Shown here in pieces: positions 51,152 to 64,000 of a stretch of DNA of 64,000 nucleotides. The stretch comes from Pecten maximus (lineage: Eukaryota): assembly GCF_902652985.1 (NCBI RefSeq), contig NC_047022.1:31372001-31436000 (forward strand), in the 5' to 3' direction. Numbering within the stretch: the first letter of the stretch is position 1; every line of letters begins with the position of its first letter. The notes beneath the pieces are model-generated. The model saw only the letters and a list, made by a program, of their open reading frames with translations, was not told where the DNA came from and did no database searches. A program made the translations under genes and the position numbers.

Positions 51152-52149
51152 TGAGGGCAGAAATGTTTCTTTATGTGCCATACACAACTCTGTGAAGGTA
51201 ATTTATGATGTTGGAATGGTGAGAATCTCTTTAGTCATACAGGGAAAAACTATCAGGCTTTGCTTCTTTCATGAAAGGTTAACAACAATAGCAGATGTGT
51301 TGGAAGCTGGTGTAGAAGGTGGATCACACTAGAACCTTAGGCATCTACCATAGTAGCTTTGTTAGTGTAATCGGTACAAAGAGCTTCTACAGCCAGGAAG
51401 AGAATATTTGATTTTTGTCTGTTTTTAGAATGTCATTGTCCCAGCATTTTTTTGGTCCAGTGCATGGTGACCTGGTTTTAACATCTACAGATTGGTTTGC
51501 TGGGCTGGGGTCTGATGTCAGAATGTTTGTGGTGCCTGTAAGATTGGTCCTGCTAGTATTTTGAGTTTGCTGTGGAAGTTTGTAATACCTAGTAGTGTTA
51601 GACCTGGCATATTTTCCCCTGAAACCAAGTAGTGTCTATCTTGTCTGCCGTCAGTCTGAGCGTGGGCCTGGTGGTGGTGAAGCTACCATCATCAGTCTGA
51701 GCTTGGGGATGCTGCAGGGATTATTTCCTGTAGGTCCAAATTGCCTGCATGCCCTGTACACACTACAGGTACTACAACCACTGCCTTGGTATATGTAGTA
51801 CACCTTACAATAACCTTAACAATACACACCATTATAGTCATATGTTGTATAATATTGTAAGTACAATGACATTTTGTGTTACATAATACACTTCAGTACA
51901 TGTATTTACAATATAGTACACCCTATAGTTATAGTACTAGTACAGTATTTTCTAAGTATTGTACACTTGTATTAATGTAGCTATGATTTCTGTAGTATAT
52001 AGTGCTATATTGTAATTTTTCAGACTATGTACAATGTAGTACATTGTACTACATGTATATAGCTATTGAAGAATTATACATTGTAGAACTTTGTACTAAA
52101 ATTTGTATCTGAGCTACATAACTTTGTACTATGTTGCACTATTATATAG

Positions 52150-52456
52150 CTGTGTAGACTTTGTATTACAGTTTGTATAACTGTGAATACTTTATACAAT
52201 GTAGCACTTTGTATTACAGTTTGTATAACTGTGAATACTTTATACAATGTAGCACTTTGTATTACAGTTTGTATAGATGTGTAGAGGTAGCTGTTTATGT
52301 TCTATGAAGCACTTTGTACTACAGTTTGTATAGATGTGTAGACTTTGTACGATGTAGCACTTTGTATTACAGTTTGTATAGTTGTGTAGACTTTGTACGA
52401 TGTAGCACTTTGTACTACAGTTTGTATAGATGTGTAGAGGTAGCTGTTTATGTTCT
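52150..52456. repeat. Degenerate repeat, about 48-bp unit built on GTAGCACTTTGTATTACAGTTTGTATA
   Basis: About 6 imperfect copies. Confidence 0.8.
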
Positions 52457-54974
52457 AGTCTGGTCTTTGTGTTTCCTGGCTGTGACATTTGTTGTTTCAC
52501 ATTCCTGTCACTGTTGCTTTTTCTGTTTTAGTCGTATCACATTGTCTAGTAGAGTGGATTCTTTCTTGTATAACTGTAGTTGCATACTCTAATGGTAGTC
52601 TATAGTGTCTAGATGACATAGCTTAGTGTCAATCATGAGGGTTTCCTTGGTATATAGTCTTAATACTGTCTAGTGGTTGTAGATTAGTTAGTCTTTGGTA
52701 GAATTTAGTCTTGGTTTCAGAAATTGTGAAGATCCTACAAAATATGGAATTCTTGAGTGAAGATTTGTGTTCTTATTGTGGTAGCTGCGGTGTGTTCACT
52801 CTTCTACTATCAAAGTTGGAAATTAAAAAATGTGTGAATATTGTGCTATAAAAATGTCAAAATTTCGGAGGAAATAGTGCTTTGTGAAGTTTACTCTTTG
52901 ATGAGGTGTGTTGCAAACAAGATCAAGGCCATTGTTGATTGGAAATATTATTCTTCTGACTGGTGCCGAGGTTTTGTGCTGTGACAGTTTCTACTTTCTG
53001 GAGGCTCAGAGACGGCATAATGGCTGCCTTTACTGCTTCCCCATATTGTAATTGTTAGTGCCAGCACAGAATTGGAAAACACCATCACTGTAGTTACCTA
53101 ATGGATGGAAAGTCACAATACTCCAACAGCAAAGTATTGCAACAAGCACATGTAAGCTGACAGGGAGACAGCACAACAAGCGTACCCAGTGCTCCTATCA
53201 TCCTGCTGGAATTATATGGATTTCTTCTTTGAATGAATGTTAAAGCAATTAACACAGTATCAGAGCAAAGCATTCAAGATCCAGGACTAAGGGCTACCTT
53301 GTGATCAGAACATATAGGAAGAGCTGCCTTGAGAAATATGAAAATTCAATAAATGTTTATTGTGGCTGTGAAGTGGCAGAAAATTGATGACTTTTCCGCT
53401 TTTGAAATTATTAAAAATATCATTAATATGGGTATAAAAAATCAACAATATATCAATTTGAACGCAGTAACCTTTCAAAAGGCAATGAAATGAATATTCC
53501 CTTTTAAGTCTTATAATGATTGCTCTGTTACTATTGTTAATCTGAAGGTTTGTATAGTTTAGTTGCTTTACATTTCAGAAATAATTACCAAACACAACAT
53601 TGGAATCGCTGTGACTTCTTATTTCAGTATACACATACTTTTGTAATTAAATTGCATTGTATGCACATAGCAAATACAAACTACATGGCCATAGCTCTTT
53701 CACATATTAATAGCCATCATATGTGTGCACCATAGATCCTTAATTAGTACATATCTTCACTATTAAATGGCTAGTACTTTAGGACTTTGATATCTTGTCT
53801 TCACAGAGGTCAGATTTGGCCTTATCAACTCCCAACCATAACCAGTAAAGCACCGAGCCCTGATCCAATCGGAGATGAGTCACTCTAGTAGACTGTTTTA
53901 ATGTTTGATCACTATCATACACTTTAAAAACATTTGAGGATCCCATATCAACTGCATATCTAAGGAAACGTCTTGATGATGAAATACATATGCCCATATA
54001 TAAAATGCTTTTAAATTTATTTTGACTGGAAATGTGGTGGTGCCAAGGCATATTTCGGGCTGGTATCTGAAGGCCTAAACCATAAAGATAATTGGAAGAA
54101 GAAGAGGTTGATATCTACTGTCAAAAGCTAAAATCTAGGGATAAAGTATGATTAAATGTATAGATAGTCAGTCAGGGCAAACTTTGGACTCCCAAGTTTG
54201 AGAATCTCCATAGCAACTAGATGAAGATCTACAACTTCTACAAAAGAGTCGGTCCCATTTATATCACCATGGGAACGTAATGAATGTCTGTGTTTTTGAT
54301 TGAAATAAAAATGCCTATGTTTTCCTGTGCTGATAAGTATAAAAACAAATATCCTACAGAAAGGTGTTAAAACATGTTACAATTCAGCTTGGTTACCTTG
54401 GTAACGGGGCATGCAGATCATATGTTACCACCTGCCCCGTCAGTAACTTTCCTCAAGTAAGAAGGCCAAACATTCAGTGTAAATTAACCAAAAAAATACA
54501 GACGCTCCTTTACTCTTTGGTTGCTACCCTATTAATGTGGGAAAAAATTGTCTGAAGAAATTTCGGAAATTGTCAATTACGTTCCCAAAATAGAGTATGA
54601 ATGAATTACGATTGTGTTGTTCACGTCAAGTGTGTACAATTAAGAGATATGACATACCACTTGTGATACGTAACTATTGTTTTATATACAACAGTGGAGA
54701 GCGAAACACTCAAATACCCATTCAAAAAATAAACAGATTTGGGTATGGATTGTGTACCAGCCATATCGGGTGACACAAATTTCAAAGCTAAGGGCGTGTC
54801 TGAGGGACAGAAAAGGTGAGGGGGGGAAACAATGGCAATGGAGATGGTATAATGGTAGCCTGGCACTCCAAATCTGACAGATTGTTCAGATTCTTTAATT
54901 TCACTGTATAATCAGGTATCTGAACTAAAAATGACAAAAGTTATAGTTAGAGAAGATAATACAGTATCATTGTC

Positions 54975-55413
54975 AATGTTGTAATGTAAAATACAGTAAC
55001 ATTATAATATAACAATTTAGTAAATATAGTAACATTGTATAAAAATATAGTAACATTGTAGTATACAAATATAGTAACATCGTAATACAAAAATTCAGTA
55101 ACATTGTAATATAACAATTAAGTAAATATAGTAATATTGCAGTATAAAAATATAGTAACATTGTAATATAGAAATTCAGTAACATTGTATTAATAAAACA
55201 GTTTCATAAACATTGCGGTATATAAATATAGTAGCATTGTAATATAAAAATATAGTAACATTGCGGTATAAAAATATAGTAACATTGTAGTATAATAATA
55301 TAGTAACATTGTAATATAAAAATTCAGTAACATTGTAATATAAAAATATAGTAACATTGTAATATAAAAATTCAGTAACATTGTAATATAAAAATATAGT
55401 AACATTGTAATAT
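54975..55413. repeat. AT-rich minisatellite, 24-bp unit TATAGTAACATTGTAATATAAAAA, about 18 copies
   Basis: Direct tandem repetition; 8-aa periodic ORFs. Confidence 0.92.
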
Positions 55414-56311
55414 AATGACTCAGTAAAGTTCTCATGCTGTTGAAAGGACTGTTTTCTGGAAGAGTGTTTAAAATTAAAAAAAAAACAGCTGGTGATTTCT
55501 CTAGAATTTGTGTCAGTGTTGTTCAAATTCAATTAAGTGAAATTAGTATTTGTTCTTTTTAAAGCTAATATTTCTTCAGTGCTGCAAATGGATGGCATTT
55601 ATTGAATAATTAGATAAATTGTGTTCTGATGAGTGTGGAGCTGGGATGGGTGAAGTGAGGCTAACTTGTACCTTCCCTCTGTTGATACAACTTGCATATC
55701 TATTAAATCTTCATTTAAATATATTACGTATTTCCTTAAGGTTTGGTGCTGAGCATTATTTTATTCCTATCAAACTTAGATCCCAGAGCAATGTTGGATA
55801 TCATGTTGTTATTGTGTGTTTTGGTGATTATCCTGTAGTTTCTGTGAGGGGAATTACGCACACAAACCTTCCTGGCTGATTCTAAGTCAAATTTGAAGCT
55901 AAAAATATCTTTTTAACTCCAAGGTTGTGGCAGGTTTGCACCAAGTGTTTGACATAACATGGTGATGTAGTTAGCTGGGGTGCACCCTACCTCCAACACA
56001 TGTTTGTTTTCTTATCCTGTCTGTCTGTGGGCTTATATGTCCTAAGGGGTTTGTTTATCTTTTAGGGGTGGAGGAAGGGAGAGGGAATGCTAGTTCAGGA
56101 ATGCCCTAGAGCCCTGCAAGGGAAAGCTGAGAATTTCTTTATCTTCTGCAACATATGGAGGAAATGATACCTGGAAACGTAATTTATATCAAATTTCAAA
56201 ATCTTCCATCTAACTTTATATGTAAAATCTTCCATCTAACTTTATATGTAAAAAGCTGCTGGGTAACAAAGGCATACTGTCCAAGATCTGCAGTGTTCAC
56301 TGACCCTCTCA

Positions 56312-56394
56312 ATACTGAACAGGTGCCCTCTCAAGTGCCCTGTCTATACTGAACAGGTGCCCTCTCAAGTGCCCTGTCTATACTGAACAGGTGC
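56312..56394. repeat. About 2.4 copies of 34-bp ATACTGAACAGGTGCCCTCTCAAGTGCCCTGTCT
   Basis: Exact duplication; a separate 26-bp duplication lies at about 56198-56252. Confidence 0.85.
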
Positions 56395-57840
56395 TGGAGC
56401 CTGTGGTACAGAAGGTTCAGTTTGGAATACTTCAGATACCTGGTATTGTGTGATATCTTCCATTGATTGTACTGATGCTTTCTAGCTAATGGCTAGAACA
56501 ATGAAACAGAACAACAAGGTACACACTCTGTGATGTTTAAAATGGAAACTTTATTAATTGAAACAAAGACTATTCAAGCCAGCAAATATTACAAAGTAAA
56601 TACAAATATATGGTTATGTATTAAAATTGATCTAAATTTAGAAATACATTATGGATGAGGTATAATATTTGCGTGTAGTGAAGTTTATGGTATGGATAGT
56701 TCATTAGGGTTGTTTAGACCACATCCGATCTAACAGTATTGTGAAGGCCTCCTCCAATATTTGATCAGGTTGAGGTAGAAGTAAGCATTAACGGTCATCA
56801 AATAAAAGTCGTCATCAGCACGGTGCCATTGCCGTGGGACAGTGTACTGGTCTGTTGATAACCCTATTGGACATGGATTATAAATCTGAGGTCCAAGAGT
56901 CTGATCAATGTTAACAGATGCCAGAGCTATTACTGCTGTACTACAGTATTACAGCTAGGCTTCTTCCCTGGTTCAAACTATCAAGCTTTTATCTAATGCT
57001 TTTGCAGTATTCTTCTCACTAACTGTCTGGCAAGCTGGATCACTCAACATGCTCACAAACAGTTCATGTTATGGTTATAGCATGTTGATGTGGAGCTGTG
57101 AGAAACCCACACTGCCAAATCTGTTCTAAAATGATGCATAATGATGTTGAAGTATTGTAAAACTGTGGTAAGAATAGAGTGTAATATGTTTTAGTATTCT
57201 ATGTAGAGATGAAGAACGTTTAGCTAATTAGCTGAAACTCCATGTTGATGATCTTTCCACCTTGTTGGTCTGTTTTACCTGTAGTAGATTACCCGCCATG
57301 TTGACAGAAACCACAAAAAATTACACAGCACAGTTTCAGATATACAGCATGCAAAGTTCCATAGCAGTTTACAGGTCTGTGGAGGAGTAGTCATAGATTT
57401 TGGCACAAACTGCATTTGATCAAAGTAAACTTTTTATTTTCTTTGCTTAATCAGATATAAATGATATTTTTTTGCGTTAAAAATAGTTCAAACTTTAATA
57501 ACAAGATAACGTGTATCTAATCTCTTCCAAATCAGCCATGAAGAATCTTCAGTAACATTATTTCATAGATAAGAAAAATTGTATAAATATTACTGTTTCA
57601 CAGATGTATGGTATTCTATGTTGGTATGATTTTACACATAAATGTATTATTTTTCACACAAATATGCAAAAAAAGAGCTAAGATTCTGACAATATTAGAA
57701 ATGATATCTCGCAGTCTCCATTCTGTTATCTGGAAATAGGCCGCAGATATAGGAACAATGGCAGCATGAAGTCACCTGCGAAGCTTCATATTGCAAGGCT
57801 GTAATGTGTTCTCATACAGGTCTAAGATAATAAAGACTGC

Positions 57841-58338
57841 TCCTCCTCCCCCTGGGTACAGTAGTACAGGGGAGCTGATTCCTCCTCCCCCCGGGTACAG
57901 TAGTACAGGGGAGCTGCTTCCTCCTCCTCCCCCTGGGTACAGTGTTTCCTCCTCCCCTGGGTACAGTACTACAGGGGAGCTGATTCCTCCTCCTCCCCCC
58001 GGGTACAGTAGTACAGGGGAGCTGCTTCCTCTTCCTCCCCCTGGGTACAGTGTTTCCTCCACCCCTGGGTACAGTACTACAGGGGAGCTGCTTCCTCCTC
58101 CTCCCCCTGGGTACAGTGTTTCCTCCTCCCCCTGGGTACAGTGCTTCCTCCTCCTCCCCCTGGGTACAGTGTTTCCTCCTCCCCCTGTGTACAGTGTTTC
58201 CTCCTCCCCCTGTGTACAGTGTTTCCTCCTCCCCCTGTGTACAGTGTTTCCTCCTCCCCCTGTGTACAGTGTTTCCTCCTCCCCCTGTGTACAGTGTTTC
58301 CTCCTCCCCCTGTGTACAGTGTTTCCTCCTGGGGAGCT
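57841..58338. repeat. Composite C-rich minisatellite: long unit CCTCCTCCCCCTGGGTACAGTAGTACAGGGGAGCTGMTT grading into 25-bp CCTCCTCCCCCTGTGTACAGTGTTT
   Basis: Direct tandem repetition; source of the Pro-rich and Gly-rich ORFs. Confidence 0.95.
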
Positions 58339-58790
58339 ACTTCCCATCATACTGCCATAAGACTAGGTGTCCTAAAGCACATTCCATACACTTCCTGGTA
58401 TGGCAAGAATCCAAGGCCAATCTAAAGATGTCAACATAAACTGCCAATCCATTAGTAATTTTCTGAATTGAGTTTTTGAGTTAATTTTAAAAGTTCACAG
58501 ACGTTGGTATTCAACCATGTGTACTGTATGTAGACTTGATTGATTTAAATGAAAATCAAAAATCATCTTTTCAAACTCAGAATAAACAGTAAGTAGTTTT
58601 TACTTTTATATATGATATCCAACTATGAAATAATGCTAATTCTCTAACAACATTCTGCTGTAGTTAATAGCCACAATATGATTAATTTGTCCATCTATTC
58701 CGTAAATAGTGTTTATGAACGTATACAAAGGTATTAAAAGAAAGCTCTCTATGTGATTAGACTCCCATTCAGTCTTGCTGATGGGTATGG

Positions 58791-60719
58791 TTATAGAACT
58801 CGTGTCTTTATAGAGTACAGTACTGCCTGTATGTTGTAGAACTCATGTCTTTATAGAGTACAGTACTGCCTGTATGTTATAGAACTCGTGTCTTTATAGA
58901 GGACAGTACTGCCTGTATGTTATAGAACTCGTGTCTTTATAGAGGACAGTACTGCCTGTATGTTATAGAACTCGTGTCTTTATAGAGGACAGTACTGCCT
59001 GTATGTTATAGAACTCGTGTCTTTATAGAGGACAGTACTGCCTGTATGTTATAGAACTCGTGTCTTTATAGAGTACAGTACTGCCTGTATGTTGTAGAAC
59101 TCATGTCTTTATAGAGTACAGTACTGCCTGTATGTTATAGAACTCGTGTCTTTATAGAGGACAGTACTGCCTGTATGTTGTAGAACTCATGTCTTTATAG
59201 AGTACAGTACTGCCTGTATGTTATAGAACTCGTGTCTTTATAGAGGACAGTACTGCCTGTATGTTATAGAACTCGTGTCTTTATAGAGGACAGTACTGCC
59301 TGTATGTTATAGAACTCGTGTCTTTATAGAGGACAGTACTGCCTGTATGTTATAGAACTCGTGTCTTTATAGAGTACAGTACTGCCTGTATGTTGTAGAA
59401 CTCATGTCTTTATAGAGTACAGTACTGCCTGTATGTTATAGAACTCGTGTCTTTATAGAGGACAGTACTGCCTGTATGTTGTAGAACTCGTGTCTTTATA
59501 GAGTACAGTACTGCCTGTATGTTATAGAACTCGTGTCTTTATAGAGGACAGTACTGCCTGTATGTTGTAGAACTCATGTCTTTATAGAGTACAGTACTGC
59601 CTGTATGTTATAGAACTCGTGTCTTTATAGAGGACAGTACTGCCTGTATGTTGTAGAACTCGTGTCTTTATAGAGTACAGTACTGCCTGTATGTTATAGA
59701 ACTCGTGTCTTTATAGAGGACAGTACTGCCTGTATGTTATAGAACTCGTGTCTATATAGAGTACAGTACTGCCTGTATGTTATAGAACTCGTGTCTTTAT
59801 AGAGGACAGTACTGCCTGTATGTTATAGAACTCGTGTCTTTATAGAGGACAGTACTGCCTGTATGTTATAGAACTCGTGTCTATATAGAGTACAGTACTG
59901 CCTGTATGTTGTAGAACTCATGTCTTTATAGAGGACAGTACTGCCTGTATGTTATAGAACTCGTGTCTTTATAGAGGACAGTACTGCCTGTATGTTATAG
60001 AACTCGTGTCTTTATAGAGGACAGTACTGCCTGTATGTTATAGAACTCGTGTCTATATAGAGTACAGTACTGCCTGTATGTTGTAGAACTCATGTCTTTA
60101 TAGAGTACAGTACTGCCTGTATGTTATAGAACTCGTGTCTTTATAGAGGACAGTACTGCCTGTATGTTATAGAACTCGTGTCTATATAGAGTACAGTACT
60201 GCCTGTATGTTATAGAACTCGTGTCTATATAGAGTACAGTACTGCCTGTATGTTATAGAACTCGTGTCTTTATAGAGGACAGTACTGCCTGTATGTTATA
60301 GAACTCGTGTCTTTATAGAGGACAGTACTGCCTGTATGTTATAGAACTCGTGTCTTTATAGAGGACAGTACTGCCTGTATGTTATAGAACTCGTGTCTTT
60401 ATAGAGGACAGTACTGCCTGTATGTTATAGAACTCGTGTCTATATAGAGTACAGTACTGCCTGTATGTTATAGAACTCGTGTCTTTATAGAGGACAGTAC
60501 TGCCTGTATGTTATAGAACTCGTGTCTTTATAGAGGACAGTACTGCCTGTATGTTATAGAACTCGTGTCTATATAGAGTACAGTACTGCCTGTATGTTGT
60601 AGAACTCATGTCTTTATAGAGGACAGTACTGCCTGTATGTTATAGAACTCGTGTCTTTATAGAGGACAGTACTGCCTGTATGTTGTAGAACTCATGTCTT
60701 TATAGAGGACAGTACTGCC
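58791..60719. repeat. Large minisatellite, 43-bp unit GTTATAGAACTCGTGTCTTTATAGAGGACAGTACTGCCTGTAT, about 45 copies
   Basis: Highly homogeneous array with four variable positions. Confidence 0.98.
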
Positions 60720-62639
60720 CTCTGATCAGGGCCCATAAGGTTCACATATCATTATTGGTCTACTACAAAAACCTTTATCCTAGAGCAAAATATAACAGAC
60801 TATCAATCTTCCAAAACCAATATATCCTTGAGCAAAATAAAGAGTAAAAAAATATCAGTTGTTGAAGATTATTATCAATTTTTATTTGATAAAATGGTGT
60901 AAACTTATTTCTAGCTAAATACTTAATGTCCCTTTTGTGATTTGGTGAGAAGGTTATGTTCTTTTTAAGTGTGACATTGCCTTGGCTTGTGATGTTCCTG
61001 TCATTGGCTTGTTTGGTTATGAGCATGCTCTTTAGATATGACATGCCTTGGTGTTGGAAAGAATTGTATCTGTAGTGAAGCTGGTTGGTAATGAGATGGC
61101 AGAGATGGCAGGGATATGACAGATTTAAAGGGCTGATGGGGATGAAATAGCCAGATAATCGCAGGTCTTTGATGTAGTTAATTGGTGGGAGCCTGGTGAG
61201 GAGATGTGTGAGGATTCAGTACCAGGTCTGATGTAGGGTTAGCATATAAACGTAACAACCTGGTATAAAAATGGCACATGCTATCATTAATTTGGCAGCT
61301 CTTTTTGGCAAATTTAACAAAGTAGGACTGGACAAGTATCAGTTTATACACTACTATAAACAGGTCCAAGCCTGTTAAATCTATCCCAGGCAACTTAATT
61401 ATTTTCATATGGGAGATTCTGTTTATTTGTTTGGAAAATAAACATTCTGTTTGACCTGGAGAGACAGATGTAGAAGTATGACTTGGCAAGTTAGACTAAA
61501 ACACTGTAATGGTCCATGTTCCAGATGATCTGCATAAAACACAGTAATGGTCCATGTTCCAGATGATCTGCACTTCATGTTTAATACATAGTCGGGGACT
61601 CCCATTTAACGGTACAAACGACCAGGTTTAGAAAGAGTGCAAATTACTGAGCCTTGACGACTGTTCACTATTCTGCAATGGTATGAAAGTGTCAAAAAGT
61701 CAGTCGTCAGTACTGTCAAGGCACATTGTTGTCCCAATAGCAGTCTATAATACCTCAAGCAGTCTGAGGGATGACATGAGGGATTCTTATTGGATGTTAA
61801 TTTTTTTTTTTTTATTATTAATTAAACTGATGAGCCTGATAGTTTGAAACAATACCTGATTGTGTTAGAGCCGTGACATTACCTTTAGGTGACATAGCAT
61901 ACATAGATAAGTAATCTCCCAGTCATTATTACTCTTTAGTAAAATGATGGGGTTGGTCAACACAGCGACACATTAATGGGAGACAGATTTCTTTTACATT
62001 GAGGGAGAATTCTTTTGCTGTCTTTGGTAGTCTTGTATTATGTATTAAAAGTCTGACTTTTTTTACCAATCATATGTCATTTCAGTTGCACTAATAACTT
62101 TATTTTAACATGAGGATATACCATGACCATACCATCCGACTTGTTTTAGACACAGAAGCCTGAGTTGACAGAATCAAAAGTGCAGGTGCACTTTTACACT
62201 ACTTTTGATGTTGATCTTCTTGCCTCAACAAAAGAATTCAGGGAGGAATTGCTGCAATTAGCTTCACATTCATGACATTGTCTTGTAAAGCACCTAAAGG
62301 ACTTGTAGATCTGGTTACGTTGTGGGACAGTTTTAAGACAAGGTGATCTACAATGTTGTAATAAAGTGACATTCCTGTTAGATATACCATGTTGTGTACA
62401 CCAGACATGGAGACTAACACATATAGAAGGGGATCCCCCTTTATTGGAGGCAGAGATAAGGTGTGTTCCTGCTAAGAGGGATGGTAAAATGAGGTGTGAT
62501 TACTCTAGAAAGGGGAAGTGATGCCAGAAAATATAATGTAAATGGAGGCATAACGACAAATCTCTGGAGTGGGGTGGTGTGAGGAGCTCTGGGATGTTTA
62601 ATGAAAGGTAATTAGGAAAGTCAGATTTGAATTATAATT

Positions 62640-62753
62640 TTGGTATATATAGAAGGTGGGTTGGGCTCTTGATATGTAGAGAAGGTGGGTAGGGATTTGG
62701 TATATATAGGTGGTGGGAGGGGATCTTGGTATATATAGAAGGTGGGTTGGGTT
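62640..62753. repeat. About 4 degenerate copies of 29-bp TTGGTATATATAGAAGGTGGGTTGGGCTC
   Basis: Imperfect tandem copies. Confidence 0.8.
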
Positions 62754-64000
62754 CTTGTCGTTGATTTATATCCATGGTTGACAACAGTGGAGAAAAATGT
62801 AAGTGAGGTAACAAGTAGTTGTGAATGTTGTCTACCCACACACTCCAAAGGTAGATGGTTCGGATACAGTCTGAGTGGAGCGGGAAGTTTGTACTTGTCA
62901 TCTCCTCACAGGACAAAACCTATACACCGCCACATAGGTGTTGTCGTTAAGAGGCCTCTCTGATGAATGATGTACCAATCAGTTTACGTCTTGTCACAAA
63001 AAAAACGCTGTTGTCTTGGTGCTGTTTTTAGGATCACAGTGTAAGTAATGATGGGAACATGAACCCTTGAGATGATTGTGACTTCATTGCTTGTCCTTAA
63101 TGCTGGTGTGTTTTTATGAGGCAGGAGCTTACATAGCTATACATTTATACACTGTTGTCTGATGGGGCTAATGTAGAGGTCGTCAGATTGTGTGACGGAA
63201 AACAAGACCTGCATTAGTATGACATATATCATACATAATGAGTACAATATGTACATGATTTACACCTGCATTTAGAATACCTGACTGCTATTTCTGACGA
63301 CAAGAATAAAGACTCATTATAGCTCACCTGTATCGCAAGTCAAGCATAAACTTGTCTTTTTATTGGCTTAGTATTACATTGAGCAGAAGGACGGGATAAT
63401 TGTTGTTTTATAGGATAAAATATTGTTAATAACCACTGGTTTTTATCCTTATTCAGTTTTAGAAGTTAATAAAGATATATTCGGTGTCGGTAATGAAATG
63501 ACATCCTGTCTATATTCTGAGACCCATCACCTGTTACAGGTAACACAGCTAGGAGTAGTTTACATTATCTGCTGGATTACTGATATATTCTGATGGGGAA
63601 GACAATGAAAAATCCTTAAATACTTAGGTGTTATCTCGTTCAACTTTGATGGACACCATTTAGGTGATTGTATGTACGCTATGCAGTCAAGGTCGTTTTC
63701 AGTTATTACCTGCAAGTGGTCGATGAAGTGTGACAGTATATATCTTTGCATACAGGTGATTTGCGAGGAGGAATACGTTGTAATTAGACATGGTTGACTG
63801 CAGGTATTCCCTATAGTAGGACAAGGCACAACATGCACATATAAAATATTGATGACACCTGCTCTGGGGTGGAGATGTTTGCATACCTGACTTCGTTCTG
63901 TTTACACCATTTGGTTGCCCACGTGTTCCAATCCTGTGTGTAGGTATCAGTAATTCCCTATAATCATTGGCTGACGGCAAGGCCTGATTAATCTAACACG

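Larger units (their letters stand above)
49947..64000 (+). other. msi: 5' part of the downstream Musashi intron (>14 kb)
   Basis: Starts at GTAAGA. I did not find the expected next exon (GFGFVTF...) before the window end. Confidence 0.7.

Noticed and set aside
57772-58439. Pro-rich ORF with many PPGY (PPxY-like) motifs
   Set aside because: By-product of the CCTCCTCCCCCTGGGTAC repeat, open in several frames on both strands, with no convincing splice or start context.
58791-60719. CRISPR-like appearance of this and other 23-45-bp arrays
   Set aside because: Units are head-to-tail with no unique spacers, there are no cas genes, and the context is a spliceosomal intron.

Overview
AT-rich, CpG-poor animal genomic DNA. 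The style suggests a lophotrochozoan such as a bivalve mollusc, but that is inference only. The whole 64 kb appears to lie inside one + strand gene encoding a Musashi-family RNA-binding protein. Only two short coding exons of RRM2 are present: 12843-12935 (93 nt, [31 protein letters not shown]) and 49898-49946 (49 nt, IEDAMLMFDKTTNRHR+G), separated by a 36,962-nt GT-AG intron. Neither is in the ORF track, and the flanking exons lie outside the window. The introns hold about 20 minisatellite arrays (units 14-48 bp), which explain the long or repetitive ORFs, and a 94-bp TTAA-flanked piggyBac-like MITE. The leading hypotheses are all regulatory and unproven: (1) a dense cluster of Musashi's own UAG/(G/A)U1-3AGU elements directly behind a strong cryptic acceptor with an in-frame stop, suggesting autoregulation; (2) a CpG-rich TATA/Inr + GTAAGT unit that is either an internal first exon giving an RRM2-only isoform or a poison exon; (3) related 29-bp minisatellites in inverted orientation on either side of the 93-nt exon; (4) candidate recursive splice sites, a 9-nt microexon, and clusters of CAGGT[AG] and RFX X-box motifs.
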